Below, piece after piece: positions 48,851-59,245 of a stretch of 63,053 bases of DNA. Source of the DNA: a virus (taxonomy: Duplodnaviria; Caudoviricetes); the IMG/VR virus record IMGVR_UViG_3300037076_000066, positions 1 through 63,053 of that record. One strand, written 5' to 3'. The notes beneath the pieces are model-generated. The model did no database searches, was not told the DNA's origin, and was given only the letters and a program-made list of their open reading frames with translations. Both the position numbers and the translations under genes were made by a program. Position 1 is the first letter of the stretch, and every line of letters starts with the position of its first letter.

Positions 48851-50812
48851 TCATCCGATGTTAATTTTTATATCAGATTCCGGGTATTTTACTTGAAAAA
48901 CAGCCGGATCAATACTGGGAAATATTACATTATCCTTTGTTGCCGATGTGATATTATATTCGATGGGTGAATATGTTCCGTCCGTTATTGTTTTATTATA
49001 AATATTGATGGATGATACTGATTGAACTCCCATAACGCTGGCAACGGCAAGTTGCAATACTGATATATTAATGGGCTGTGAGAATGACCAGTTATCGATA
49101 TTAAAAAATGCAGTTACGGCATTTAAACAGTCTAATATAACGTCTTGTTTATTATACCCATTATAAATTGATATGGAAACATCGACTCCTATATTGATAA
49201 CATATCCATCAATTACATTGATTTCATCGGTTAATATCCTATATTGTTTTAGATAGGTCATTAAATTATATATCGTTGCCGGATTGGTGGGAATTAAATT
49301 TTTGTTGGCATCGTATGATAGAACATATACATTTATAGCAAATGGGTTTGTGTTGGTTGTTGAAAATTGACGAGATAATGATTCTGATATATTTACAGTA
49401 TTATCTGATGATATGGTGCCCGTTGATATTGTATAATTGTTATTTAAACTTGAATTTGATATGACAATGGCCTTTGCAATGGAACCAAATTTGGGTGGTA
49501 GGGAATAAATTCTTGCTAAATAATCCGAGGTAGTAACGGTTCGATTTTGTCCGCTAAAAGTAGCAGTAGCATTCATTCTAATCTCATCGTTGGTTTCAAC
49601 TCCATTACCGCCCACACATGGCGAAGAATTAGAAACTTTCAACGAATTTTTTACAGTATTCATTAAATCCGATTGGGCGGGGGTAAGTCCCCCAACAGAT
49701 GTTCCGTAATTGACACTTATAACGTTAGTTATTTCTCCAACTTGACAGTTTGAAGATAATCCACCACCCACCAAATATCGGACAGTTAAAGTAGTATTTG
49801 CCGGAGAAGTTCCATAATTATCATTATTTAAAAAAGAAGATGGGTCAATTGGAATATTAATGGATGATATATTTCTAAGACCGTTACCGATTAAATTGGA
49901 ATCTAAAGTCACTAATTCATCTCCAACTACATTTGTGCCGGAACCAAATGTTAGTGTCGTTATATTATTTTCATCGATGGAAGTTACAAACTTCTTTGAA
50001 GTTGATATATATTCCAATATATAAGGAACGCTATCTCTATATGGAGAATAACTATTTTGTTGATTATTATTTACTGCTATAGGTATTAATTCCTGTGCCA
50101 TGTAATCGGCTTCATACCACCGATTATGGTCGGAATCATACATGTCAATTATTTCCAATACATTATCTTCGTCCAATGAGAATGAAAAATTTGATGTTTG
50201 TCCTTGAATATTTACTTGTTTCGTATAAATCTGCCCCCCAATTACATTTCCCGTCTTTTGTAAGAGGAAAAATTGCGGAGTTCCATCTTGATTTCTAGAA
50301 TAAACAGTTTGAGTTAGGGGCGAATTTACCGTATTAATTGAGAAATCTACTTCTTGAGTTAATGTGAAAAAAGTATTGTTATTGCTGGAAAATTGAGAAT
50401 TTTCCCCGATTTGTAATAAATAAGTAGAATCCGGAGTATAATTTCCGAGAGTATCACTTATAGCAGGACATAATTGATAAACATCAATTGTTCCGACAGA
50501 AGTTCTGGATGCTTTTACTTTATATCCAAGATAAGACGCTAAATTTATAATATTCTTTCGTTCTTGGGCAGTCGATAATAGTCCTTCCTTAAACATATAA
50601 TCGGTATAAAACCCAAGAACATCACCAACATATGCAGCCTGTTGAATAAACATCATTCCGGGTGACGACGGACTGAAATCTTTATATGTTTGAGGATAAT
50701 ATGTCTTAGTAAACGATATGAGAGCATCTCTCATCTGAGAAAAATCACGATTTAAATATCTAACATCTTTAGAATCGTTGGGTGAGAATGTCTTGTTAAT
50801 TGTCGTCGCCAT
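48851..50812 (-). CDS. gp6: Baseplate wedge protein, T4 gp6-like
   Basis: YLNRDF, AYVGDVLGFY, LTFGSG, QNRTVTTSDY, KFGSIAKA. Confidence 0.85.
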   Translation of the reverse strand: MATTINKTFSPNDSKDVRYLNRDFSQMRDALISFTKTYYPQTYKDFSPSSPGMMFIQQAAYVGDVLGFYTDYMFKEGLLSTAQERKNIINLASYLGYKVKASRTSVGTIDVYQLCPAISDTLGNYTPDSTYLLQIGENSQFSSNNNTFFTLTQEVDFSINTVNSPLTQTVYSRNQDGTPQFFLLQKTGNVIGGQIYTKQVNIQGQTSNFSFSLDEDNVLEIIDMYDSDHNRWYEADYMAQELIPIAVNNNQQNSYSPYRDSVPYILEYISTSKKFVTSIDENNITTLTFGSGTNVVGDELVTLDSNLIGNGLRNISSINIPIDPSSFLNNDNYGTSPANTTLTVRYLVGGGLSSNCQVGEITNVISVNYGTSVGGLTPAQSDLMNTVKNSLKVSNSSPCVGGNGVETNDEIRMNATATFSGQNRTVTTSDYLARIYSLPPKFGSIAKAIVISNSSLNNNYTISTGTISSDNTVNISESLSRQFSTTNTNPFAINVYVLSYDANKNLIPTNPATIYNLMTYLKQYRILTDEINVIDGYVINIGVDVSISIYNGYNKQDVILDCLNAVTAFFNIDNWSFSQPINISVLQLAVASVMGVQSVSSINIYNKTITDGTYSPIEYNITSATKDNVIFPSIDPAVFQVKYPESDIKINIG

Positions 50813-50848
50813 ACAATATAAATATCCGATAAAGTCAAAATATTAATA

Positions 50849-51247
50849 TTATATGCTGGTGGTAATCACTAAATCTATACTATCTTGTTGATTAGTAGCA
50901 TTAATAACAAATTGAACATTTATATATAATATGTAATTATCGGTTAAATTAGTATTTCCATTAGGATCATTCGTTAAAATTGTAATTTTGCCAACTGATA
51001 TTCCACCAACCCATCGAGCTACATCTTCCGTTATTATGTTTCGAACCTTTACATCTAATAAACCATCATTCGGCTCAAATACCACATTCCACAACCTACA
51101 ACCAAAATCAGGCGCAAATCTTCTTTCTCCCGGAATAGTATTAAGTAAATTTATGAGATTTACCTTATACATCGAATTAGTATCGACAGTCTGCTCAAAA
51201 TAGCCGTCTTTTCCGTTCTGAATTGGTAATGAAAGTCCCAGTCCCAT
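50849..51247 (-). CDS. gp25: Baseplate protein, T4 gp25-like
   Basis: NLLNTIPGERRFAPDFGCRL..VFEP. Confidence 0.9.
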   Translation of the reverse strand: MGLGLSLPIQNGKDGYFEQTVDTNSMYKVNLINLLNTIPGERRFAPDFGCRLWNVVFEPNDGLLDVKVRNIITEDVARWVGGISVGKITILTNDPNGNTNLTDNYILYINVQFVINATNQQDSIDLVITTSI

Positions 51248-51248
51248 A

Positions 51249-51761
51249 TTATTTTTTCATTGATTTTGCCAAAATAGCCTTAAAATCCCATTTCATAAGA
51301 TTATCAACGGCAGGATCTTTTCCTTTAAAATCAAGAACAGAATCAGTCGTTGCTATATGTTGCTGATGACTTGGTGCAATAGCTTCGTTAAGCATTCCTC
51401 CATCTGGATTAGAATTCATCGACAGTGACCCATCCATTCCTACATAGGGACTTCTCCCCGATTCTCTGGTAGATAAATCATTGACGGTCTCATTTAAAAT
51501 CGCATTTATCATCGGATCTTTTGTATAGGTCTTGGCTACTTTGGGAGTTGTTGCGACTTGTCGAGGTTGCGGTTCCTGTTGACTCATCAATTCTAATAAG
51601 GAAGTATTAGATTGTTTTCTAGGAATAGGAGCAGACGGAGTAACATCTGGTTCGGCATCTTTCGTTAGTAACTCTTGTAATAAAAGGGGAAGTTGTTTCT
51701 TTACTTCTTTTGAGACCATTTGCTCTATAAGAGTTTTCAATAGTTTAGTGTTGGCATTCAT
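51249..51761 (-). CDS. Hypothetical protein
   Basis: 170 aa; ATATTTATA 4 nt before ATG. Confidence 0.7.
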   Translation of the reverse strand: MNANTKLLKTLIEQMVSKEVKKQLPLLLQELLTKDAEPDVTPSAPIPRKQSNTSLLELMSQQEPQPRQVATTPKVAKTYTKDPMINAILNETVNDLSTRESGRSPYVGMDGSLSMNSNPDGGMLNEAIAPSHQQHIATTDSVLDFKGKDPAVDNLMKWDFKAILAKSMKK

Positions 51762-51788
51762 ATGATATAAATATGGGTTAGTTTGTGG

Positions 51789-53255
51789 TTATTTCTTATA
51801 ATCGTGTCCGGGAGCAAATCCACCACCCGTGACAAATACCCGCTTACTCTTTAACGTATCTAATTTAGCAATCATCGAATTCAACTGAGCTACTTGAGGT
51901 GTCATTTGTGTCTGCCCCGGTCTATCAAAATGAGTATGAGTCTTGAGCCAAGTTAATAATTCATTTAGGAAATTCACGGTGGTCTGTCCTAATAACACCG
52001 GTTCGCCTTTTTGATTTATTTCTCCCAAATAAATCCTAGGCGAGTTTATAGCACATTCTGAATTGGTTGTTAATACCACTCTATCTTGAGCATCAACAAT
52101 AAATTCGCTATCCGTCACTATCCCATATCTCTTCTTGGAAAAATGTAAAGATTCTCCATACCGAGAAGAAAATATTAGTCGATCACTATTAATAACGATT
52201 TGGTCTCCATCCAATGGAGAAGGATATTTAAAATTGGTAGTTCCTTGAAAAGCAGGAACTTCCTCTCCTTTTCCATCACCATACATTGTTTTAAAACAAG
52301 TTGTTACAAACTTACTAGTTGTCTTTCCGCTGGTAATATGAATGGATGATCCGTCTAGATTTACATCTTCGGAAATATATCCCCCGACATTTTTCTCTTG
52401 GGGAGTGCCTTTTATTGTGGATGCTAATATAGATTTTGCCGGACTGCCATGTAATGATAAAGTTTTACCTTCTTCTAAGATGGGACGTTGTCTATTTCTA
52501 ATTAAAATCATCGGATTGCCGCCGTTATTTACATAATCCGTATTGGACGGACTGCTAATATCATTTTTCCGATTATTATCATATGCCGTAAAATGGATAC
52601 TTTGACCAAATCTACTTTCAATTGCTAAATCACCTTCATATCTTCTTAAGTTTCTTATCCGGTTATTCGATACAAAATATTTTCCGGCATATCCAGAATA
52701 TCCAGTATTTCCCTTATAATTTGTCGTTGATGGGTTTGTCCCGGTATAAGGAGTCGTTGAAAATAATTCGGTATTGGGTGGATTAACGAGATCAATATTA
52801 AAATCTAAATTATTATTGGCCCAATTATGATAATTAACTTTCTTAGAATAATACGTCTTTCCGTTATATTGAGATAAGACTACCGTTTCATATATTAGAG
52901 GATATTCGGAAATATTAGATTCGGCTGGATAAGCCCATATTAATTTATCCTTGCTTATATTTTTTCCTGATTCAATAGGCCGAACTAATATTCGACCAAT
53001 CCATGAATAATCAATATCAGTTTGATTAGCCTGTTTATTATTAACGGCCAATGGCCATCGGTCAGCATCTACAGTATTAAAAACACCGGAACCCCTCTTA
53101 AAAAAAGGATGGGAGTCATCTAAAATAACATCAAGAACAACTCCCAATTCAAGTTCATAAAATTCAAGTTGAGTTGCTGAGTTGGATGATTTATGATTTA
53201 ATCCAAAATGATCAACTGTTCTTAAATTTTTATCGGATGATTTGGTATAGGCCAT
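51789..53255 (-). CDS. Baseplate hub/central spike protein (gp5-like)
   Basis: YPLIYETV, EGDLAIESRFGQSI, INSDRLIF, EPVLLG, HTH tip motif. Confidence 0.7.
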   Translation of the reverse strand: MAYTKSSDKNLRTVDHFGLNHKSSNSATQLEFYELELGVVLDVILDDSHPFFKRGSGVFNTVDADRWPLAVNNKQANQTDIDYSWIGRILVRPIESGKNISKDKLIWAYPAESNISEYPLIYETVVLSQYNGKTYYSKKVNYHNWANNNLDFNIDLVNPPNTELFSTTPYTGTNPSTTNYKGNTGYSGYAGKYFVSNNRIRNLRRYEGDLAIESRFGQSIHFTAYDNNRKNDISSPSNTDYVNNGGNPMILIRNRQRPILEEGKTLSLHGSPAKSILASTIKGTPQEKNVGGYISEDVNLDGSSIHITSGKTTSKFVTTCFKTMYGDGKGEEVPAFQGTTNFKYPSPLDGDQIVINSDRLIFSSRYGESLHFSKKRYGIVTDSEFIVDAQDRVVLTTNSECAINSPRIYLGEINQKGEPVLLGQTTVNFLNELLTWLKTHTHFDRPGQTQMTPQVAQLNSMIAKLDTLKSKRVFVTGGGFAPGHDYKK

Positions 53256-53257
53256 AA

Positions 53258-53632
53258 TTACATTTTGAAATTTTCAACGGGAACATTTATCGAAGACTTT
53301 AAATCGGTAACACTTGATTCTATAGAATTTCTTAATTGCTCTTTTTCTTCTTCACTTAATAATTCTCCATTAACTGCACCCTCCTTAAGAGTTTCCATTT
53401 TTTGAATGACTGCTATCATCTTTAAAAAATTATCATCGTTTTTTACACCTACGATCATAAAATCATTGATTCTTGGGAGCATTAAAATTGCGTCGTTCTT
53501 GTCTGTTATATGTTTTTGAATATCAGATAGAATGGTATTAATCTGCGTCTTTTTATTCTCTGATCGATTATACATTTCTCGATATAAATCGGTCATACTC
53601 TTATCGTCAAATATTATCTTATCATTATCCAT
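53258..53632 (-). CDS. Hypothetical helical protein
   Basis: ORF 53258..53659; probable start MDNDK. Confidence 0.65.
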   Translation of the reverse strand: MDNDKIIFDDKSMTDLYREMYNRSENKKTQINTILSDIQKHITDKNDAILMLPRINDFMIVGVKNDDNFLKMIAVIQKMETLKEGAVNGELLSEEEKEQLRNSIESSVTDLKSSINVPVENFKM

Positions 53633-53655
53633 ATTATAATATATAGTGATGATTA

Positions 53656-54378
53656 TCACATTTTATTGCTTTTTCGGAGATTATCTTCAACTAATAATGG
53701 TTGCAAATTTGTATAATGGACTGCTTTTAAAAATTGAGTTCTATCCGTCAAATCGAAAGAAGAAAGAGGAATAATATGATCGATGTGCCAAACCACACCA
53801 TAATTATCCATTGTCATATCACCATAGAATTGAGATTTGAATTGTAATTTTAAGTCATCAATGGAACATCCTAAGTCTCGAACAGCCGAACCAACCTTGT
53901 AGTGTTTCTTCAATGCCGATGATATGCGAACTCGTAAACACGCTGCAATATGGAAATTTATATCTTCTTTTCTACGTTTTTTAATATATTCGTTACGAGA
54001 AGATTTATTGTTTTGATAATATCCTCTAGAATAATCTTTCAATTTATCGGCATGTTCTTCATAATAATTGTCGTAATATGCTGATAACTTATCTTTATTA
54101 TCGTTCCAATACTTAGTTTTATATTCTGCGATAGGTTCTTTATGATTGTCCCGGTAGATTTTTACTTCTGATTTAATATGCTCCTTATTTTCTTCGTAAT
54201 ATAATTGATTATAACTCTTCGTTTTTTCCTTATGCCCGACAGATTCTCTAGTCCTTTTAGAATTATCCTTACATTGTTGCTTATTTTCCTGATAATATTT
54301 TTTGTTCTTTAATTTACGCCTAATATCCGACATTACTTTTTTGAGTAATTTTAAATCTTCTTTTAATGTGGGATTCAT
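53656..54378 (-). CDS. Putative HNH homing endonuclease
   Basis: YY.ENK repeats; LGCS...NYG..WHIDHIIP...HYTNLQPL...NLRK. Confidence 0.8.
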   Translation of the reverse strand: MNPTLKEDLKLLKKVMSDIRRKLKNKKYYQENKQQCKDNSKRTRESVGHKEKTKSYNQLYYEENKEHIKSEVKIYRDNHKEPIAEYKTKYWNDNKDKLSAYYDNYYEEHADKLKDYSRGYYQNNKSSRNEYIKKRRKEDINFHIAACLRVRISSALKKHYKVGSAVRDLGCSIDDLKLQFKSQFYGDMTMDNYGVVWHIDHIIPLSSFDLTDRTQFLKAVHYTNLQPLLVEDNLRKSNKM

Positions 54379-55277
54379 ATCTCAATATTACCTGTGTTCT
54401 TATATTCATTACTAATAATTTTATAAAATGATTTCATCTTATTTAATATTTTTGTTATTGCTTGTGTCCGGCAATTTGAAATTTCTCTAATTATCAGATA
54501 AAGGACCTTTTTGTTATTCAGGTCGACTTTATCAGAATTTCTTAACAACTCGACAACAGCATTAGCTATTTCAGCATCTTGTTGTTTGGGGAATATTATA
54601 GGAATATTCTTTTCAAAGTATTTAACCATCAAACTCATAAAATCGTTCATTTCCATTTGATTGTGATGTTTATCAACTTGTTGTAATTGAACGGTATGTT
54701 CTTCTCGATCTTCTCCAATTTCAACATTTTGATTGAATTTTTTATAATTACCATTATTTAATAGGATTAGAAAATGCTTGGCGACGATAGAAAAATATGA
54801 ATACGCCTTCGCAGGTCGGTCCGGATGGATCTTGCTCCTTCGTTCTGGATCAAATTTATGAATGTTTAAAACTAAATGACTAACAGCCTCTTTTTGAATA
54901 TCAAACGGGCTGACTTCAAAGTAACTAAATTTAAATGTATTAAATATACATTCAACTAATTTAGTAAAGGGTTGATGTATTCTAGTTATATACAATTCAT
55001 TCTTTATATTTTGATCATCTGTTGAATTGTATTCTATAATGGCTTGTTCCGTGTCATTTGTGAAGTATCTAAGCGGACTCGTTGGGCTAGTTAATTTCCG
55101 CTGTTTTCTTGGTTTTTTAGCTATAGATTCAACATGTGCCGGAGCAATTATCTTCTTAATTTTTTTACTCTTATGAATTTTAAATTTAATCTTCTTAACT
55201 TTAGATTTTAGTTTATTATTAATGATACTTTTATTTTTTGTAGATTTATTATTTTTTCTCATTTTGTAACTCCTCAA
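54375..55277 (-). CDS. gp55: Late-transcription sigma factor, T4 gp55-like
   Basis: YFTNDTEQAIIEYN, KFDP...KAYSYFSIVAK (sigma region 2-like); basic N-terminal extension. Confidence 0.65.
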   Translation of the reverse strand: MRSYKMRKNNKSTKNKSIINNKLKSKVKKIKFKIHKSKKIKKIIAPAHVESIAKKPRKQRKLTSPTSPLRYFTNDTEQAIIEYNSTDDQNIKNELYITRIHQPFTKLVECIFNTFKFSYFEVSPFDIQKEAVSHLVLNIHKFDPERRSKIHPDRPAKAYSYFSIVAKHFLILLNNGNYKKFNQNVEIGEDREEHTVQLQQVDKHHNQMEMNDFMSLMVKYFEKNIPIIFPKQQDAEIANAVVELLRNSDKVDLNNKKVLYLIIREISNCRTQAITKILNKMKSFYKIISNEYKNTGNIEI

Positions 55278-55587
55278 TATTTTTGTTTAAATCCTCAACA
55301 ACTTGCGTTAAATCGGCAAATATTTGCCCGACCATGTCATCCGATTCGAATAAGCCTTTTTCAGATATTCTAGAACTGAATACACCTTGTTTATCAATTT
55401 CTCTCATAGTAGATAGAGATTTTACTACTAATTCTCTCATAGAAACTACAAAAGCATCACTCTTTAATATTTCTTTTTCATAAAATGCTATTTTTTTCTG
55501 ATGAATTTTGGAAAGAACTCCTAACGAAATATTAATTCCGATTGATATGGTGAGTAAGACTAACGACGTAACAAGTATTATAATCAT
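55249..55587 (-). CDS. Membrane-anchored hypothetical protein
   Basis: N-terminal hydrophobic helix; FESDDMVG. Confidence 0.65.
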   Translation of the reverse strand: MIIILVTSLVLLTISIGINISLGVLSKIHQKKIAFYEKEILKSDAFVVSMRELVVKSLSTMREIDKQGVFSSRISEKGLFESDDMVGQIFADLTQVVEDLNKNIEELQNEKK

Positions 55588-55591
55588 ATCT

Positions 55592-55705
55592 CTAATCTAA
55601 AAATTCTTTTAATTGTTCGATTGTTTCTTCAATGATATCCAAGTCTTTATCTTCGATGGCATCATTGAGCATTTTAATTATATCTTTAATATCTTGTTGT
55701 TCCAT
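55592..55705 (-). CDS. Small acidic protein (37 aa)
   Basis: Hand translated MEQQDIKDIIKMLNDAIEDKDLDIIEETIEQLKEFLD*. Confidence 0.5.
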   Translation of the reverse strand: MEQQDIKDIIKMLNDAIEDKDLDIIEETIEQLKEFLD

Positions 55706-55791
55706 GATTATTTTGTATATATGAGGGTTAGTGTTACATTTCATATATATTATAATTTATTGCAAAACATAGATTTTTTTAAATATAATCT

Positions 55792-55820
55792 ATATTACAT
55801 CAAAAAATAGTAATAGTCAA
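55792..55820 (-). promoter_or_regulatory. Sigma70-type promoter upstream of the sigma-factor operon
   Basis: TTGACT-17 nt-TAATAT. Confidence 0.5.
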
Positions 55821-55862
55821 CTTATTATAACTATTTAATGATTTATTATTTGTGGAGAAGAA

Positions 55863-56435
55863 TTAAATCCCTAACATCGTCTTGAAATGTGCCGCCAGCG
55901 CAACATGCCCCTTAATATTAGGATGCATATCGGGGGGTAGAAACATATCAGGAGTAAGAACCGTGCTCGTTTCAAATACTTCTACTCCTTTAACGGTAGC
56001 AGCCGCAGCACGAATAGTTTGATTAATTTGAAGCATTAGAGCAGCTATTTTTGGATCACTGCCATTAAGGGGGTCAGTATAAGTCATTACAATTGTTCTT
56101 GGTTTCTTAGCAACTGCAATAATTTTGGCTAGATTTTTCTGTTCTAACTTCCAATTAATAGGCAAGCCACCTTTAAAAAGATTTAACGCATCATTCCCCA
56201 ACAATGACATAATAAGAACATCGGCTTTGATTTGATTTGCCATTGCCATTCGATTGCCGAAATTAGTCACCCATTGAATTACGGTGCTGCCCGGAACTGC
56301 ACCTGCTATGCAGGACGGCCCCAGCAATTGGGGCCATCCATGTTCGTTTAATTCTCCGTTGGGAGTTGCACAAATTGCACTTGACCAGCTATCTCCGATT
56401 GTTATAATTTTCATTTTTTTCATTTTAGGTTTCAT
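55863..56435 (-). CDS. SGNH/GDSL hydrolase
   Basis: IGDSWS, LGND, DMHPNIKGH. Confidence 0.85.
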   Translation of the reverse strand: MKPKMKKMKIITIGDSWSSAICATPNGELNEHGWPQLLGPSCIAGAVPGSTVIQWVTNFGNRMAMANQIKADVLIMSLLGNDALNLFKGGLPINWKLEQKNLAKIIAVAKKPRTIVMTYTDPLNGSDPKIAALMLQINQTIRAAAATVKGVEVFETSTVLTPDMFLPPDMHPNIKGHVALAAHFKTMLGI

Positions 56436-56472
56436 TTTTTTATATTATATTTTCAAATTTTATTATTAATAT

Positions 56473-56522
56473 ATCGGAATTGACCCACTACCCTAAAGGG
56501 ATAGCGGCTTTCTTCCTCCGAT
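56473..56522 (-). mobile_element. Orphan IS200/IS605-type end hairpin
   Basis: Minus strand GGAAGAAAGCCGCTATCCCTTTAGGGTAGTGGGTCAATTCC with the same CTTTAG loop as the tnpB element ends. Confidence 0.5.
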
Positions 56523-56530
56523 CAAGTAAA

Positions 56531-57400
56531 TCAATAATAACCTACAAGTCGAATAGTGGTTGACACAAATAATGCCAGTCCACTAGTTACATAATAATAA
56601 AAAGAACCGTCAGTTGCACATGGAAATGTCCCCTGTCCACTCCCATAGATCCTTTGAAAATTACTAGTGGCACCTTTACCGGCATACAATAATCTCGGAT
56701 GAGAAGCCAAAGACCCTAATCCGTCTTGGGATATATATACAATATTTGTGTTCTCCGTGGTTGTACTCAGGGTTGTCCACCCATCTAAAATTACTGCTGA
56801 TGTTCCTGTTGGAAGTATTCCAACCGAACCAGAAAATCTTACCCAACTACCATGGAGGGTGCTGTTGTTAAGGACGACGATGGGGGTTATAAATGTCGGG
56901 CCACCACCAGCAGTCCCCACTGGGGAATTTAACGCATAACTAGCCGTTGTTGATCTTAATGCATAACTAGCCGATATAGTAGTCCCCACTGGGGAATTTA
57001 ACGCATAACTAGCCGTTGTTGATCTTAATGCATAACTAGCCGATATAGTAGACCCCGCCGGGGAACTTAATGCATAACTAGCCGTTGTTGATCTTAATGC
57101 ATAACTACTGCTTGTCGCTGCACTCGAAGTTGCCGAATAACTTGAGCTGATTGATGCTGATGCCCAACTTCCCGATACTTGATATGTGGCGGGAACATAA
57201 CTTGCACTCACGGAATTTTTAACATAACTCGATGTTGATGAATATGATGCTGACCCACTGGCGGCAAACCAAGTATTAAGGGTATTAATATCAGTTCGGA
57301 AGGTCGTTAGTGAACTGCTTTGATCAATCGGGAAGAAATCATAGCGAGAAAGTGTTCCAAGTGGATTTAATTGACTTATTTTAATAATTGAATCGGCCAT
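56531..57400 (-). CDS. Tail fibre-like protein with SASYA repeats
   Basis: KISQLN N-terminus; Ser/Ala/Tyr repeats. Confidence 0.7.
   Translation of the reverse strand: MADSIIKISQLNPLGTLSRYDFFPIDQSSSLTTFRTDINTLNTWFAASGSASYSSTSSYVKNSVSASYVPATYQVSGSWASASISSSYSATSSAATSSSYALRSTTASYALSSPAGSTISASYALRSTTASYALNSPVGTTISASYALRSTTASYALNSPVGTAGGGPTFITPIVVLNNSTLHGSWVRFSGSVGILPTGTSAVILDGWTTLSTTTENTNIVYISQDGLGSLASHPRLLYAGKGATSNFQRIYGSGQGTFPCATDGSFYYYVTSGLALFVSTTIRLVGYY
56912..57107. repeat. 69-bp in-frame tandem repeat (~2.8 copies, 23 aa unit)
   Basis: Units start at 56912, 56981, 57050; first two near-identical. Confidence 0.85.
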
Positions 57401-57463
57401 ATGAATATAAATATAATTGAAATGAAAATCTAAACAGTTATTTTATCGGATATTTAAACTTCA

Positions 57464-59245
57464 TCAGTAGTTGACTGTCCATGAATATAATGATGACGTT
57501 AGTAGTTGTTTATTATACCACGCAATGGTATTTGTATTTGTCGAAATATTATTATTGGAAATATCCAGCGTTCCGCCTATAATATTAGATGCCGAAACTT
57601 CGGCTACTAACATAGATGTGATAATGTCTAAATCGTATTGGGCTAGTTCACAATACGAAACATTCAGATACTGAATTCCCTTCATCATACTAAGAGGCCA
57701 CTTACGAATAATAGGATTTCTCGATACGTTTAGATATGACATGGACAGGGGCAACGCTGATAAATCGGATATATTATTACCACCTCCAACTGTATTAGAT
57801 ACGTCTAAATATGCTACGTTCGAATTATACAGCGGGGGTAATGTTGATAAATTACAATTTTGGCATGACATTGTTACCAACGACAATGGAACTCCATCTA
57901 TAGAAGATACGCTAGAACTATTTAAAATTAAAGTATTTAATGACGTAGCCGTCCATAGATTGGTAAGTGTATTAAAAATATTTTCATTGCTGTTTAGATA
58001 TGTTAGATAACTTTCTGATGATGGTGTTGTCGCTGTTAAATTTTGAATGGTGTTATTTCCGCTTGATGATGTGATTATTCCAAATGAATTATAACTAGCA
58101 CTATAACTACAAGTAAAAGATTGATCTGATGATAAGATCGGTATTCCAGAAACATCAGAAGTAACGACAAAAATGTTGGCATCGCTACTTAATCTAAAAG
58201 ATGGAGTTGTATCGGGCATTCCGTAAAAATAAAACGAAATGCTGTTATCCCCAATATCTAAATATGATGCCTCTACATATGTTCTATATGATCCCGCCGA
58301 TAAATGTGTATTGTTTGTTAAATAGAAAGGTTGAATGGCACCTATTGACGACGTATTTGTTATAGTAGTATCGACGCCTTGAAGATATGAGTTATATGAA
58401 GCAGATGATAATATCTGAGTATCCCCTGTCATCAAATTTTGGACGATGAGAGATACTTTTGGGTTCCAGATAGAACTATATACACTACCCGTATTATGTA
58501 ATACAGCGACTAATCCACATGCCGTTATATTTACTAAACTCGAAGTTTGAAGAGAATTGTTCATTCTTATTTCATCGATCTGAGCAATTACAGATTCCGT
58601 TACAAGAAGCGTTTCACCCGAAGAAAACGACGAAGTATTATATACTATATTAGTATGTGTAGTGATGGATGCTATATTTCCCGATTGATTTATATCGCTA
58701 TTCACGAGGGATAACGCAACACTTGCAATATCTGCACTCCCGGCGGAAGATGCATAAGATGCGCTCACTGCATTTTGCGAATTCTCTGCATATGCAATAG
58801 CCATTCCCGTTACTAACGCATAAGACGAGGTCGTTGAATAACTTGAAGTATTGGCAAAAGAACTTGAAATTGAACTTAGACTACTTGATGCCCAAGATGC
58901 ACTTAACGAGCTTGTAGCATATGAAACTTGTGCTGCTGTCGGAGCATTTAGAGCATATGTTGCTATATTAGCAAGACTAGAAGTAGCAGAATGAGAACTT
59001 GAAATTGAATTTAGACTGCTTGATGCCCACGATGAACTTAATGAGCTAGTCGCATATTTAGCAAGATTGGAATTACTAGAATAAGAACTTGAACTTATTC
59101 CACTACCCAACACATAAGTCTTTAAATCTATAGCCGTTAGATTTTTTGATTCAGGCAAAGACATGTCTGATATAACGAATAGATCATTACTTGCTACATT
59201 TGCTGCTGGTAAATTGTTTAATTGAGATATTCTTTCATTAGCCAT
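57464..59245 (-). CDS. Tail fibre-like protein with SASYA repeats and C-terminal leucine-rich repeats
   Basis: RISQLN N-terminus; LNTLILNSS, YLDVSN, YLNVSRNPI, LDISNNNI. Confidence 0.7.
   Translation of the reverse strand: MANERISQLNNLPAANVASNDLFVISDMSLPESKNLTAIDLKTYVLGSGISSSSYSSNSNLAKYATSSLSSSWASSSLNSISSSHSATSSLANIATYALNAPTAAQVSYATSSLSASWASSSLSSISSSFANTSSYSTTSSYALVTGMAIAYAENSQNAVSASYASSAGSADIASVALSLVNSDINQSGNIASITTHTNIVYNTSSFSSGETLLVTESVIAQIDEIRMNNSLQTSSLVNITACGLVAVLHNTGSVYSSIWNPKVSLIVQNLMTGDTQILSSASYNSYLQGVDTTITNTSSIGAIQPFYLTNNTHLSAGSYRTYVEASYLDIGDNSISFYFYGMPDTTPSFRLSSDANIFVVTSDVSGIPILSSDQSFTCSYSASYNSFGIITSSSGNNTIQNLTATTPSSESYLTYLNSNENIFNTLTNLWTATSLNTLILNSSSVSSIDGVPLSLVTMSCQNCNLSTLPPLYNSNVAYLDVSNTVGGGNNISDLSALPLSMSYLNVSRNPIIRKWPLSMMKGIQYLNVSYCELAQYDLDIITSMLVAEVSASNIIGGTLDISNNNISTNTNTIAWYNKQLLTSSLYSWTVNY

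Noticed and set aside
56912-57107. CRISPR array or DGR repeat
   Set aside because: Contiguous in-frame coding repeats with no spacers; no reverse transcriptase in the window
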